The notes: generated by a model from the letters alone, not told the origin. 64,000 bases of DNA from Bacteroidota bacterium (GCA_049973045.1 JBMFJZ010000001.1:120073-184072), one strand, 5' to 3'. Shown: positions 50,403-59,891, numbered from the stretch's first letter. Program-made: numbers and translations.

Positions 50403-51350
50403 CTATTTTTGTGTGAACGCATCGTAGAGAATGCGTGATGCGCGTGCCACAGCGAGCACTGCTTTGTTGTCTACAGTTTCACTGGTATCTATGGAATTGT
50501 CAGCAAAGATCGCATAGACATATGTCGTTTTTGGGGCATAGACAATCCCGACATCAATTTTCGACTGGCTCACCCAGCCGGTCTTATTTGCGACGGTGAT
50601 TTGTTCTCCCGATTTTAGGGAGTCATACGGCAAATACCTCGGTGCCATTGTGATGTCTTGTTGTTTTTTCAATATATCGATCATTTGCTCGCTGCTTTTT
50701 TCATCTATAAGCTTCTTTGTTGCAAGAAGTTCAAGCAGGTGCATCATGTCGTTGGGTGTTGAGTAACCAACGCCATAACGGATTGATTCTGGCGTTTTCT
50801 TTTTAGTTACCCAGGACATCAATTTATTGAGAATACGTGTATGACGGAGCCCGAACCGATCCATCAGCGAATTCACCGCAGCCAATTTCTCATCATGGTC
50901 ACGGGCAAATGTATCAAGTACGAGATTTGTTGCGGTATTGTCGCTTAGGACGATCATGAGCATTGCTGCATCGATCAGTTTTAGTGCAGCGCCATCCTCA
51001 TAGAATTGTAGGATACCGGAACCGCCATACTTTGTGCTGTCAGTGAGGAAAACTGTATCGGTTGGATGAAGTGTTCCCTCATGGAATTTCTCAAAAAGGG
51101 TAACAAGCACTGGGAGCTTTATCGCGCTTGCCGTTGGGAAGAGGGAATCTGCATTGACAAGGATCGTTTTTCCGGTTGCAAGATCCTTCGCCGCTACTCC
51201 GATGCGCCCGCCAAAAGTAGCAGCCAGTGAAGCGATTTCTTCTTCTGGAGATTTGCCAGAGGATGGGGATTCAGACAGGCTCGGGACTTGTGCGGCGAGT
51301 GCAGCAGCCGTGAGAACGTAGCTGAAAAGTACCGTCAAGAATGCTTTCAT
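50403..51350 (-). CDS. Class A beta-lactamase-like serine hydrolase
   Basis: SAIK, SDN, KTG; signal peptide; no recognisable Glu166 omega-loop motif. Confidence 0.85.
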   Translation of the reverse strand: MKAFLTVLFSYVLTAAALAAQVPSLSESPSSGKSPEEEIASLAATFGGRIGVAAKDLATGKTILVNADSLFPTASAIKLPVLVTLFEKFHEGTLHPTDTVFLTDSTKYGGSGILQFYEDGAALKLIDAAMLMIVLSDNTATNLVLDTFARDHDEKLAAVNSLMDRFGLRHTRILNKLMSWVTKKKTPESIRYGVGYSTPNDMMHLLELLATKKLIDEKSSEQMIDILKKQQDITMAPRYLPYDSLKSGEQITVANKTGWVSQSKIDVGIVYAPKTTYVYAIFADNSIDTSETVDNKAVLAVARASRILYDAFTQK

Positions 51351-51604
51351 GGAAGTTCGTTCCTCCATGCCGGAAGATTGTCGATCAGACTATGAGCTGT
51401 TCGTTCCGCATCGCGGCGCTTGAGATGTTTTTGGAGCATGAGTGCAGAGACAGTTGCTTCGAAGACTTCATTGTACGGTTTATACGAGCCGTCGGGATTA
51501 GTGCAGTATCGGCAGCGAGGGTTTGTCGGATCAGATAAACCGTGATCCTCCGGCGCTCGCATCGGGTAGCCACAGCTTTCACATGTTATTACTGTCGATT
51601 GCAT
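51347..51604 (-). CDS. Zinc-ribbon domain protein
   Basis: CESCGYPM...CRYC...DG, terminal LPAW. Confidence 0.75.
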   Translation of the reverse strand: MQSTVITCESCGYPMRAPEDHGLSDPTNPRCRYCTNPDGSYKPYNEVFEATVSALMLQKHLKRRDAERTAHSLIDNLPAWRNELP

Positions 51605-51647
51605 AGTGTTCCTCAGCATCGTAAAACGTTTCTACTTTCCTTTTCAG

Positions 51648-52391
51648 CTAAGATCGGCTACCGATGAGTTTACGAAACTGTAACGCATTTTCATAGCAAT
51701 AGCTGTTGTTAAAGATAATGTAGCTTTCTCCTATGTGAGCTTGAACGATACTTGCGACTGTCTTTAGTTCATCCGCGGAGAAATTATACTGATACATGCT
51801 TGGTTTCCCAAATCCGTGGAGGCGATAGTAAGCAACCCGAGCAGATCCTGTCCATATTGTTTCATGTCGGAGCGGGTCGACGCAGGAAATCAGGTTAAAC
51901 TTTTCACAGACCTCCTTGATTGCCGCTGGATTATCCCACCAATGTCCTCGTGGTTCCCAAACGAACAAAATGTCCTTCGCTCTATGTTTCTGGAAGAATG
52001 TATTCATTCGATCGATATTTTCTTTTGTGGGCCCGAAACTTGGAGGGGACTGGAAAAGCACGATGCGTGCACGGAGTGCCGAGGCGATGTCGAGTATTCG
52101 GAGCATAGGTTCGTGTGCAGCGTCAGAGAACCGGGCGAGGTGGGTGACCAGACGAGAAGCTTTGACAGTAAATTCGAATTTTTTATCGACAGCATCAGCC
52201 TCGGTGCGCCAGCGTTGCACAGTGGGAAGGCGCGGAATCCGATAGAAAGTAGAATTTAGTTCAACACACGAGAAAAGTTGAGCGTATGCCTGAAGCTTTG
52301 ATCTGTAAGGAGACGCAAGCTGATCTTGGAACTCCTTTTCTCGCAGGTAGCTCCATCCCGCGTTGCCAATATGGACTGAGCTGAGTTTCAC
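51648..52391 (-). CDS. DUF72 family protein
   Basis: GNAGWSY, VELNSTFY, FTVKA, LFQSPPSF, WEPRG, YYRLHG, FNN. Confidence 0.93.
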   Translation of the reverse strand: MKLSSVHIGNAGWSYLREKEFQDQLASPYRSKLQAYAQLFSCVELNSTFYRIPRLPTVQRWRTEADAVDKKFEFTVKASRLVTHLARFSDAAHEPMLRILDIASALRARIVLFQSPPSFGPTKENIDRMNTFFQKHRAKDILFVWEPRGHWWDNPAAIKEVCEKFNLISCVDPLRHETIWTGSARVAYYRLHGFGKPSMYQYNFSADELKTVASIVQAHIGESYIIFNNSYCYENALQFRKLIGSRS

Positions 52392-52447
52392 TCAGTTAGC
52401 GGACATAACGAGAATGACCTGTTTTGAGAAAGCCTGTGCACCCGCGC

Positions 52448-52503
52448 TGGGCGGTGGAGGATTCGAACCTCTGACCTTGGCGCTTCAAGCGCCACGCTCT
52501 GAA
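52448..52503 (-). pseudogene. Partial tRNA-Val copy (3' two-thirds) with a different anticodon arm
   Basis: TTCAGAGCG-[TGGCG CT TGA AG CGCCA]-AGGTCAGAGGTTCGAATCCTCCACCGCCCA; 5' acceptor strand absent. Confidence 0.8.
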
Positions 52504-52552
52504 TCCGTCTCTAAGCATTATTGGCGAAATTCACCTCAAAGCTGTCTCAGAG

Positions 52553-52627
52553 TGGGCGGTAGAGGATTCGAACCTCTGACCTCGTGCTTGTAAGGCACGC
52601 GCTCTGAACCAGCTGAGCTAACCGCCC
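52553..52627 (-). tRNA. tRNA-Val(TAC), CCA not encoded
   Basis: GGGCGGT/ACCGCCC acceptor, CGTGC-CT-TAC-AA-GCACG, TTCGAAT. Confidence 0.97.
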
Positions 52628-52629
52628 TC

Positions 52630-52644
52630 TCCGCCTCTGGCGGA
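52630..52644. repeat. REP-like palindrome TCCGCC-TCT-GGCGGA
   Basis: Same core as 3749 and 20361. Confidence 0.55.
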
Positions 52645-52663
52645 TACATTCCCACATAGAATA

Positions 52664-52692
52664 AATATAAACCGCTCACTTACAGTAAGCAA
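52664..52692 (-). promoter_or_regulatory. Putative sigma70 promoter of tRNA-Val
   Basis: TTGCTT-17 nt-TATATT on the minus strand. Confidence 0.65.
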
Positions 52693-52765
52693 CAATGTGG
52701 AGACTTCTATGGGTCGTTCCAAAATCTAAAATGCCGTCACAGAAGCTAATGAATAAATCTCCACA

Positions 52766-55201
52766 TCATTCGTTGATTAAAGTAAGACCTATGTCATCCA
52801 ATGGAAGGATCGGTAGGGGCTGACCGTTGTGCTTAAGCCAGAATTTGACAAGATCTATGACGTCATACTTAGTGACTGGAACTCTGATGCCCAAAAATCT
52901 TGGCATAAACATCTGTGGATTGAACAGCCCTAACTTTGGATACTCGACCACAGTGGCATCTTCGCTCTTCTTGATACCTGCTTTCTCCATAGCAATTTTT
53001 AGAGCAAGATGAAGACCCCCAAGCTCATCAACTAGTCTGATCTTCTTTCCATAGTATCCTGACCAAACGCGTCCCTGTGCGATTGAGTCGATCTCATCAT
53101 ATTTCATCGTTCGACCGGCTGATACCTTTTCGACAAATTCTTTATAGAGGTCCTTAATAGCAAGTTCAGCGCGTTCGCGTTCGTTCGGGGTAAGATTCCT
53201 GTCCGGCAAAACGATGTTCAAGAAGGGGAGTGTGGCTCCAAATCCTAAATCTGCATGCTCACCGGTTTTCACAAAATCAGTTGACATACCTAATTTCTCT
53301 TTGAAGCCTTTATTGTAAACCCATCCACCAATTACTCCTATTGATCCTGTGATTGTATTCGGGGCGGCGACGATTGTGTCTGCGTACATCGAAAGCCAGT
53401 AGCCACCCGACGCGGCAACAAGCCCTTGGGAGATGATGACCGGCTTTTTACCCTTTGCCTTCTTAAGGGCTTCTGCGATGTAATCTGCTGCCACTGGATC
53501 TCCGCCAGGAGAATCAACGCGAAGAACGATAGCTTTTACACGCTTATCATTGGCAGCAGCTTCAACGTCTTTCACAAGTTTCCGAGCAGTGATCCCCTCA
53601 TCCATCGCACATACCCCGAGAGCATAGATCAGCGCTATTCGAGGTTTTTCCCCCCAATAATTGTCGGGAGGGAGTTTAAATCTCTCTAAACCTTTCTGGC
53701 TGATAAAGCTCTTCGATTTACCTTCGAGTTTCTTAATGATATCTTTGACGACGTCCCAGCGACCGAGGGTGTCAACAAGTCCTTGCGCAAGTGCCTCCCT
53801 GGGAAGAAAAAGTACTTCGTTGTTGACAAGTTGTCCAAACTTTTCAGCACTCAGCTTGCGAGCCTCAGTGACATCAGCTCTCACGAGTCGGTAAAAATCA
53901 TCGATCAATGCCTGTCGCTGCTCGCGATCGGCATCAGACATCCTATCTCGTGAAAGCCCCTCGTAAGCTGATTTGTATTTGAAGAAGCGCCATTCATCGA
54001 ACCCGATGCCAAGTTTTTCTAATGCGCCTTTCAGAAATGTTCTGCCAGCGATAAACCCCTGAAGCATTATTGCCCCTTCCGGATCCATTACGATCTTATC
54101 AGCGACAGAAGCGAAGTGGTAGACATCGATGTCGGGGCGATCTATAAATATCACGACGTGTTTTCCAGTTGCTTTGAGTTCCTTGAGTTTTTCTCTCAAC
54201 TCCCAGAGTTTTTCGCGATCAGCGTTTATCCCAGAGGTGTTAATGGCAATCCCTGCAACTGCCGGGTCAGACTTGGCAGCGTCAACCGCCGTTAAAAGGT
54301 CAGCAAGTGTATTGGACTTATCAAACAGACGATAGCGCTGATACTTAATTGGTCCGTTCAGATTTAACTCGAGGTACCTGCTTCTTGCGAAAAGGGTGGA
54401 TCTCAAGATGTTCCTATCATATGCGCCAACTCGGATGCCGTAAGTATTGTAAGCGTGCTTCTGAGTCCGGTCATAGCGTGCCTGAGTGCCTAACCCCGCG
54501 TGGCCAAGACTGAACTGGAATCCGAGTGTGAATGCCTTCGAATCAAAATATCGTCCGAACAGCCGTATTCCGGGAAGTGGCTCGACAACGATGCCGGCGC
54601 TCCAATTGCCATTTTTCAATGGTTGATCGTTTTGAAGAGCAAAATCGGCAAAGAGGGTGAGGAGTTCCGTGCCCATAGGTCTAGCCGCAGCCACAAATAC
54701 ACCTTCCTTTGCATCGTTTTCAGTTGCGATGGTACCGACGAACTCTGTGGAAATATACCGATTCGGCCTGACCAATGTCCCTACTGAAACAAGATTAGTT
54801 CTTCTAAAGAATGTCCTGTCTCCAGTCGACCATCCGTAGCTCAATCCGCCACTGAATGATCTGTTACCAAAAGCAGCGGATATGCGGTAGTCTGTGACGG
54901 ATGCTCGGGCATCCTTCTGGTGGATCAGACCAAAGCCAAGGTTTGGGACAGCAGTAAATAACCCCCACCGCTTAAAATCGTTCCAACTACCAGTTACATC
55001 CGACCACGTGAACAGAACATCTGGCGCATTCACATACTCAAGCAATGCCGGATTGTCGTATCCGTTAAGCCCGAATCTGAATGCGCCCGGAGATGCAAGG
55101 ACAAAATCATAATATGCATGATAAGGTGGGATTGTAGACTGACTGAAAGCGGAAAGGGCAGTTAGAAGAGTCAGTGCAGCTCCGATAGAAAACAATCTCA
55201 T
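52766..55201 (-). CDS. sppA: Signal peptide peptidase SppA with extra N-terminal beta-rich domain
   Basis: KYKSA, RVDSPGG, AASGGYW, TGSIGV, AQGRVW; about 270 extra N-terminal residues. Confidence 0.9.
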   Translation of the reverse strand: MRLFSIGAALTLLTALSAFSQSTIPPYHAYYDFVLASPGAFRFGLNGYDNPALLEYVNAPDVLFTWSDVTGSWNDFKRWGLFTAVPNLGFGLIHQKDARASVTDYRISAAFGNRSFSGGLSYGWSTGDRTFFRRTNLVSVGTLVRPNRYISTEFVGTIATENDAKEGVFVAAARPMGTELLTLFADFALQNDQPLKNGNWSAGIVVEPLPGIRLFGRYFDSKAFTLGFQFSLGHAGLGTQARYDRTQKHAYNTYGIRVGAYDRNILRSTLFARSRYLELNLNGPIKYQRYRLFDKSNTLADLLTAVDAAKSDPAVAGIAINTSGINADREKLWELREKLKELKATGKHVVIFIDRPDIDVYHFASVADKIVMDPEGAIMLQGFIAGRTFLKGALEKLGIGFDEWRFFKYKSAYEGLSRDRMSDADREQRQALIDDFYRLVRADVTEARKLSAEKFGQLVNNEVLFLPREALAQGLVDTLGRWDVVKDIIKKLEGKSKSFISQKGLERFKLPPDNYWGEKPRIALIYALGVCAMDEGITARKLVKDVEAAANDKRVKAIVLRVDSPGGDPVAADYIAEALKKAKGKKPVIISQGLVAASGGYWLSMYADTIVAAPNTITGSIGVIGGWVYNKGFKEKLGMSTDFVKTGEHADLGFGATLPFLNIVLPDRNLTPNERERAELAIKDLYKEFVEKVSAGRTMKYDEIDSIAQGRVWSGYYGKKIRLVDELGGLHLALKIAMEKAGIKKSEDATVVEYPKLGLFNPQMFMPRFLGIRVPVTKYDVIDLVKFWLKHNGQPLPILPLDDIGLTLINE

Positions 55202-55312
55202 GTTTTTTTCTCCTGTTAACCACGTTGGAGTGACATTTCGGGGCGACAGCTGCTAGATCGGCATCTTAGGCAGCTGTCGTTCTTCTTACGCGAGGATATC
55301 CTGACTTCACAT

Positions 55313-55338
55313 AGGGGCAGGTTCAGCAACCTGCCCCT
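55313..55338. terminator. GC-rich hairpin downstream of the ACT gene (terminator or GTAG-type REP relic)
   Basis: AGGGGCAGGTT-CAGC-AACCTGCCCCT, perfect 11-bp stem. Confidence 0.55.
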
Positions 55339-55355
55339 GATTTCTGAATTAGCAA

Positions 55356-55745
55356 TCAACCGAGAGCTGCGAGAGCCTTCTCTATGTTAGGCACAGCGAG
55401 GACTACCGTTGCTTTTTCAGCTCCCTCAAATGTTGTGGCGTAGGCATACTTAATATTGATCTTTGACTTAGCCAGTTTTTCCGTAATCTCAGCAAGTGCA
55501 CCAGGCTTATTGTCCAGGGTAAGAGCTATGACTTCTTCTTCAGCAAATCGAATCTTTGCTGCTTTCAATGCAGCCTTTGCTCTGTCCGCGTCATCAACGA
55601 GGAGCCTTACTCTCCCTTTGCCTCTGACTTCTGGAGCAAGCCCTGCCTGGATATTAACCCCCTCCTTTGCTAGAACCGAGCAAATTCGTGCTAATGCACC
55701 CGGTTTGTTTTCTGTGGCAATCGTAAGCTGGGTTACCTTCGGCAT
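55356..55745 (-). CDS. Tandem ACT-domain protein
   Basis: Two repeats, ENKPGALA and DNKPGALA, each followed by NI. Confidence 0.92.
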   Translation of the reverse strand: MPKVTQLTIATENKPGALARICSVLAKEGVNIQAGLAPEVRGKGRVRLLVDDADRAKAALKAAKIRFAEEEVIALTLDNKPGALAEITEKLAKSKINIKYAYATTFEGAEKATVVLAVPNIEKALAALG

Positions 55746-55920
55746 GATTAGTCCCTCCCTGACTTTTTTGAAATGGGTTAATTGTTTTTGTCTTCCTCAT
55801 ATCCGGTCATGTTATTTCAACCGTTGAACTAAGCCTGTGAGCATTTTTTCTATACTTTGATGCACTCTCAGGTTCAGTACATACCGAGATTTTCCCATGC
55901 CTTTCAGCAGACTCCTCGAG

Positions 55921-55992
<72 letters not shown>

Positions 55993-56008
55993 AACCTTAA
56001 CCTTCGAA

Positions 56009-56037
56009 AATATATTGTCAATCAGTGACAAATGCAA
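56009..56037 (-). promoter_or_regulatory. Putative sigma70 promoter of tRNA-Gly with palindromic spacer
   Basis: TTGCAT-[TTGTCA CTGAT TGACAA]-TATATT. Confidence 0.65.
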
Positions 56038-56122
56038 GTTGCTAAGGTTGAACTTGTTTCAGATACGCATTAGATTGTTCACAAGCAAACAACTTTCCTG
56101 TTGGAAAGATACGGGATTTTCG

Positions 56123-57670
56123 ATGAGAAACAGATTTTCGAAGATTCTTCCGCCAGGTGATGTACAGAGGCTGGACGACCGGAAGCTCGCAGTTAATTTC
56201 GCAGATATTCTTCCTCCTTTGCTTTTGCTCATTGCGCTTTTTTTGCGAATGCAGGGTCTTGGTCGTCAAAGTTTGTGGAACGACGAGATGTTCACGCTGA
56301 AATTGATTTCTCTCCCGTGGGGTGAGTTTTTGGGTCGTGTGATGAAGCATACAGCACATCCGCCGTTATTTTTTGTTATAGAAAAAGTTGTGACTATGTT
56401 CACAGGAACTTCTGAAGCCGGGCTGCGATTTCTGCCGGCTCTATTCGGCGCCGCAACGGTGCCAATTTTGTATTTCTTTTTAAGGGAAATGTGGTCTAAA
56501 GAAGCTGCAATTATTGCTGGTGCGTTAATGACCCTTTCTCCGTACCATCTTGCATATTCACAAGAGGCACGTCCCTATTCACTCGCTATGTTTTTCGCTA
56601 CGCTTGCTACGTTGATCCTCTTTCGGATTTGCACTCAAGGCCAATCGATAAATGGCAACGCTTCTCCTGCGGAGAAGAAACTATTCCTTGCATTGATGCT
56701 TGTTGATCTCGCTGGACTCTATACGCACTATTGGTACGCCTTCGTAGTGGCGTCTCATTTTGTTGCGGTTCTTCTTATACCTTCGCTCCGAGTGAGGTGG
56801 CGTTGGTTTCTTGCAATTTGGCTAGTTGATGGGATGTTCTTTCTACCCCAACTTTTTTTTGCATTCTCCCATGCTGGAAAAGTTGCAAGTGCCAATTGGT
56901 GGTGGGTTGAAAAGCCCAGCTTGCTCAATCCTTTTAGAACCTTCTTGGCTTTTACAGGAGTTCGCTTTTCTCAGGCTTCAGCGACGTTTGCTATGCCTCT
57001 ATGGGTGACTATAGTTGGAGCGTCAATTGCAGGTTTCGCACTGTTGCTGTTGTTTATTCATGGGCTTTCTTTTCGAAAGGAGATGAATGCAACCTTGGTC
57101 TCCTTGCTTCTTCTACCTCCCACTATTGGATTCTTAATTTCGCTTTATCGCCCGGAGGTCTATGTTTGGTATCGCTATCCGAGTGTGGTTCTCCCTCTGT
57201 TTTTTGCCGCTGTCGGAGTTGGTTATTCTTTTCTTCGGCCATCAATATCCCGGTGGTTTCTTGTGGCGCTCCTTCTCGGTACGCAGGCAATGGGAGTGTT
57301 GAAGTACTCATCGTGGGATAAGGCAAACCCAAAGTACGTTGCTGCATTTGTGACAAGCCTCGACCTTGGAAAGGGAGACGTGCTTATCCGCCCTTGGTAC
57401 TTTGCAGATTTATTAAACTACTATTACCGCAGCGCTGTAACACAATTAGAAGAAGCTGATGGTATCGACAAACTTGAGCCGATGATCCGAAAATCGAAAC
57501 GAGTTGTGCTCATCACGCTTGATATACACAATGATCTTCGTGACTGGATGGCTACACATTATGATCAACTTGAAGAGAAGCATTTCCCCGGTGAAAGCCA
57601 CATGGGGATTCTCGTAGATGTGTACCGAGGAGGAGTTCCTCGTGATATTCCTAACCATGCTGACCGCTGA
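56123..57670 (+). CDS. GT-C membrane glycosyltransferase (PMT/ArnT-like)
   Basis: SLWNDE, HPPL, SQEARPY, THY; many TM helices; ATG 56123 chosen. Confidence 0.88.
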   Translation: MRNRFSKILPPGDVQRLDDRKLAVNFADILPPLLLLIALFLRMQGLGRQSLWNDEMFTLKLISLPWGEFLGRVMKHTAHPPLFFVIEKVVTMFTGTSEAGLRFLPALFGAATVPILYFFLREMWSKEAAIIAGALMTLSPYHLAYSQEARPYSLAMFFATLATLILFRICTQGQSINGNASPAEKKLFLALMLVDLAGLYTHYWYAFVVASHFVAVLLIPSLRVRWRWFLAIWLVDGMFFLPQLFFAFSHAGKVASANWWWVEKPSLLNPFRTFLAFTGVRFSQASATFAMPLWVTIVGASIAGFALLLLFIHGLSFRKEMNATLVSLLLLPPTIGFLISLYRPEVYVWYRYPSVVLPLFFAAVGVGYSFLRPSISRWFLVALLLGTQAMGVLKYSSWDKANPKYVAAFVTSLDLGKGDVLIRPWYFADLLNYYYRSAVTQLEEADGIDKLEPMIRKSKRVVLITLDIHNDLRDWMATHYDQLEEKHFPGESHMGILVDVYRGGVPRDIPNHADR

Positions 57671-59036
57671 GAGAGCGGAGAGCTAACGTTGCCGCCCGTT
57701 TTCCGCTTCGCACTGCTCCCTCAACAGTTGCTGGAAGGCTGGTCGCTGTCCAGTCACCCGCGAGGAAAAGCCCGTGAAGGGGAGTCTCAGGTCCAGGGCG
57801 AAGCGCATTCACCCCTGGTCTAAGTGCAATGGTAGCGTTTCGTTCTTTTATGATAAGGTAGTGCAAGAGAGAAGCGGTGCGACTTTCTGGAAGAACTGCA
57901 TGGAGATCTTGAAGAGCGACGTGGAGAAGATGTTCTTTTGGGAGGTGTATAAACGAGTTCGCTCCGCTCATGACAAGTGTTAGATGCGTAGGTATGTGAG
58001 AATCTTTTATTCGAATCATCCTGGTATTGAAAATCCACTGAAAGCTTCTCCCAATGATCGCTGCAAATGGGAGTTGAGTGACCACCTTGTTAAACCAGAG
58101 ATGCACGTTGATAATTGAAGAATCATGGAGGGCCTCCATTTGCCGGATCAGAAGTGAGATGTTTTTAGAGAGATCAGATGAACGTAGCACCTGTAGCGCT
58201 TGCCGATGAGGTAGCGCGCAGATGATTGCTCGAGCAGTTATGCATTCCCCATCTGCTGTTGTAATCATGAATCTCTCAGGGTGTGAATCTCCTTTTTGGA
58301 CATCACATATGCTATCAATTCTTTCAACGGCACTATGTGTCAAGATTATCCCGCCTTGCTGGCGGATATAATTCTCGGCTGGCAGGCAAAGTAACTGGTT
58401 TAAGCTTGTGAGTGGGAACGCCAGTGATGAATTCTCACGCTTGCCATGGAACATTGCTTTAAGTGCATGTTTGAATATTTCCGCACTTGTGCGCTCCGGT
58501 GAATCGTTCAGAATTGCCAGTGCGATGATGTTCCAGAAACGCTCTTGCCATTCTCTCGGTTGACCCTGGTCTTGGAGCCATTGACTTATACTCTTACTCT
58601 CTTCTCTCTTCCTATCTGTTAAGAGGCGATATATACTGGGGATGATTGTGAGTCGATCTGTGAATTTGCCTATTGGAAAACTTAGTAATCCTACGAGGAG
58701 GTGAAACGGTGAGGGGAGAGGTGGGCAGCACAACTCAAATCCGCCGGAGACGAGTTGCCCATCCAGAAAATGGACGCAGAGAGATTTCTGGACTTGAAGT
58801 AATTGCTCTGATCCGATAATGTGAAGAATCTCGCGGGTGGCTGTGTAACATCCCATGAGAAGGTGTTGCCCATTGTCTACCTCTTCTCCCGTCCTCAGGT
58901 CGAAAAAGGAGCGTGTACGTCCACCGAGGTGCGATCTGGCTTCAAGGATGATAGGTTTGATGCCAGCTCGGATGAGATGGATTGCGGCTGAAATCCCAGC
59001 AGCACCGCCGCCGAGAATAACGACACCGTCATTCAT
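57651..59036 (-). CDS. hpnE: Hydroxysqualene dehydroxylase
   Basis: GGGAAG, GGRTRSF, DNGQHLLMGCY, LAGDWTAT.LPATVEGAVRSG. Confidence 0.93.
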   Translation of the reverse strand: MNDGVVILGGGAAGISAAIHLIRAGIKPIILEARSHLGGRTRSFFDLRTGEEVDNGQHLLMGCYTATREILHIIGSEQLLQVQKSLCVHFLDGQLVSGGFELCCPPLPSPFHLLVGLLSFPIGKFTDRLTIIPSIYRLLTDRKREESKSISQWLQDQGQPREWQERFWNIIALAILNDSPERTSAEIFKHALKAMFHGKRENSSLAFPLTSLNQLLCLPAENYIRQQGGIILTHSAVERIDSICDVQKGDSHPERFMITTADGECITARAIICALPHRQALQVLRSSDLSKNISLLIRQMEALHDSSIINVHLWFNKVVTQLPFAAIIGRSFQWIFNTRMIRIKDSHIPTHLTLVMSGANSFIHLPKEHLLHVALQDLHAVLPESRTASLLHYLIIKERNATIALRPGVNALRPGPETPLHGLFLAGDWTATSLPATVEGAVRSGKRAATLALRSLSGQHG

Positions 59037-59884
59037 TTGCGGGAGGCGAATTTGGAGTTGATCCAGAATCGGAATACAATAGCAGCTTTTCTAAGAGTGG
59101 GGACGGCTATGCGTCGCTCGAAGACGTCGAAATTGCTCTGTTCAATTGCCTCGAGGAGTTGTTCATAAACTGCTCCCATTGCGCGTGCAGCGACCATGTA
59201 AGGCTTATCTTCACTAACAAGCCGGTCTCGGGCTTGTGAAAAGAACCTACGCGCGCGCTCTGCTTGAAAGCGCATAAGGTCGATGAACTCTGGTGTTCTC
59301 TCTCGGCGAAAGAGAGCCTCCTCTGTGTATCCGAATCTCCGAAGGTCTTCCTGGGGAAGATACACCCTTCCACGTTCGGCGTCACGACCTACATCTCGGA
59401 TGATGTTTGTAAGCTGCAGTGCTGTGCCAAGGTTGATCGCATAGTCCTTTGCATGTTCAGTCTTGTAACCAAAAATAGCAATAGAAACAAGTCCTACAGT
59501 TGATGCAACATGGTAGCAGTATTCTTGCAATTCCTCAAAGGTCTCGTACCGCGTTTTGGTAAGATCCATTTCCATACCTACGAGGAGGTCTCGAAAAGGT
59601 TGCAGGGGGACATGGAAGCGCTCGATAACGTGGACAAGTTTATTCAGAATTGGTGAGGAAGATTCTCCACGCAGGGCAGCATCGAATTGCCGCATAAGTT
59701 GGAGGAGCCGTGATCGTTTAAGAAAAGGATCCCCCGGTTCATCTACAGCATCATCAGCCGCACGGAAGAAAGAGTAAACTGCCTTCATTGCTTCGCGCTT
59801 CTCCTTCGGGAGGAGGTATAATGAATAGTAAAAGTTACTTTTCTCCGCAGTTAGACTGATTGCACTGTCCAATGTATCAGCCAT
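59033..59884 (-). CDS. hpnD: Presqualene diphosphate synthase
   Basis: SNFYYS, DDAVD, YCYHVAS, LQLTNIIRDVGRD, GRVYLP. Confidence 0.88.
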   Translation of the reverse strand: MADTLDSAISLTAEKSNFYYSLYLLPKEKREAMKAVYSFFRAADDAVDEPGDPFLKRSRLLQLMRQFDAALRGESSSPILNKLVHVIERFHVPLQPFRDLLVGMEMDLTKTRYETFEELQEYCYHVASTVGLVSIAIFGYKTEHAKDYAINLGTALQLTNIIRDVGRDAERGRVYLPQEDLRRFGYTEEALFRRERTPEFIDLMRFQAERARRFFSQARDRLVSEDKPYMVAARAMGAVYEQLLEAIEQSNFDVFERRIAVPTLRKAAIVFRFWINSKFASRK

Positions 59885-59891
59885 AAGATGC

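Noticed and set aside
58348-58367. CCGCC..GGCGG hairpin in hpnE as another REP copy
   Set aside because: Loop is 5 nt and it encodes an ordinary segment (IRQQGG); probably chance.
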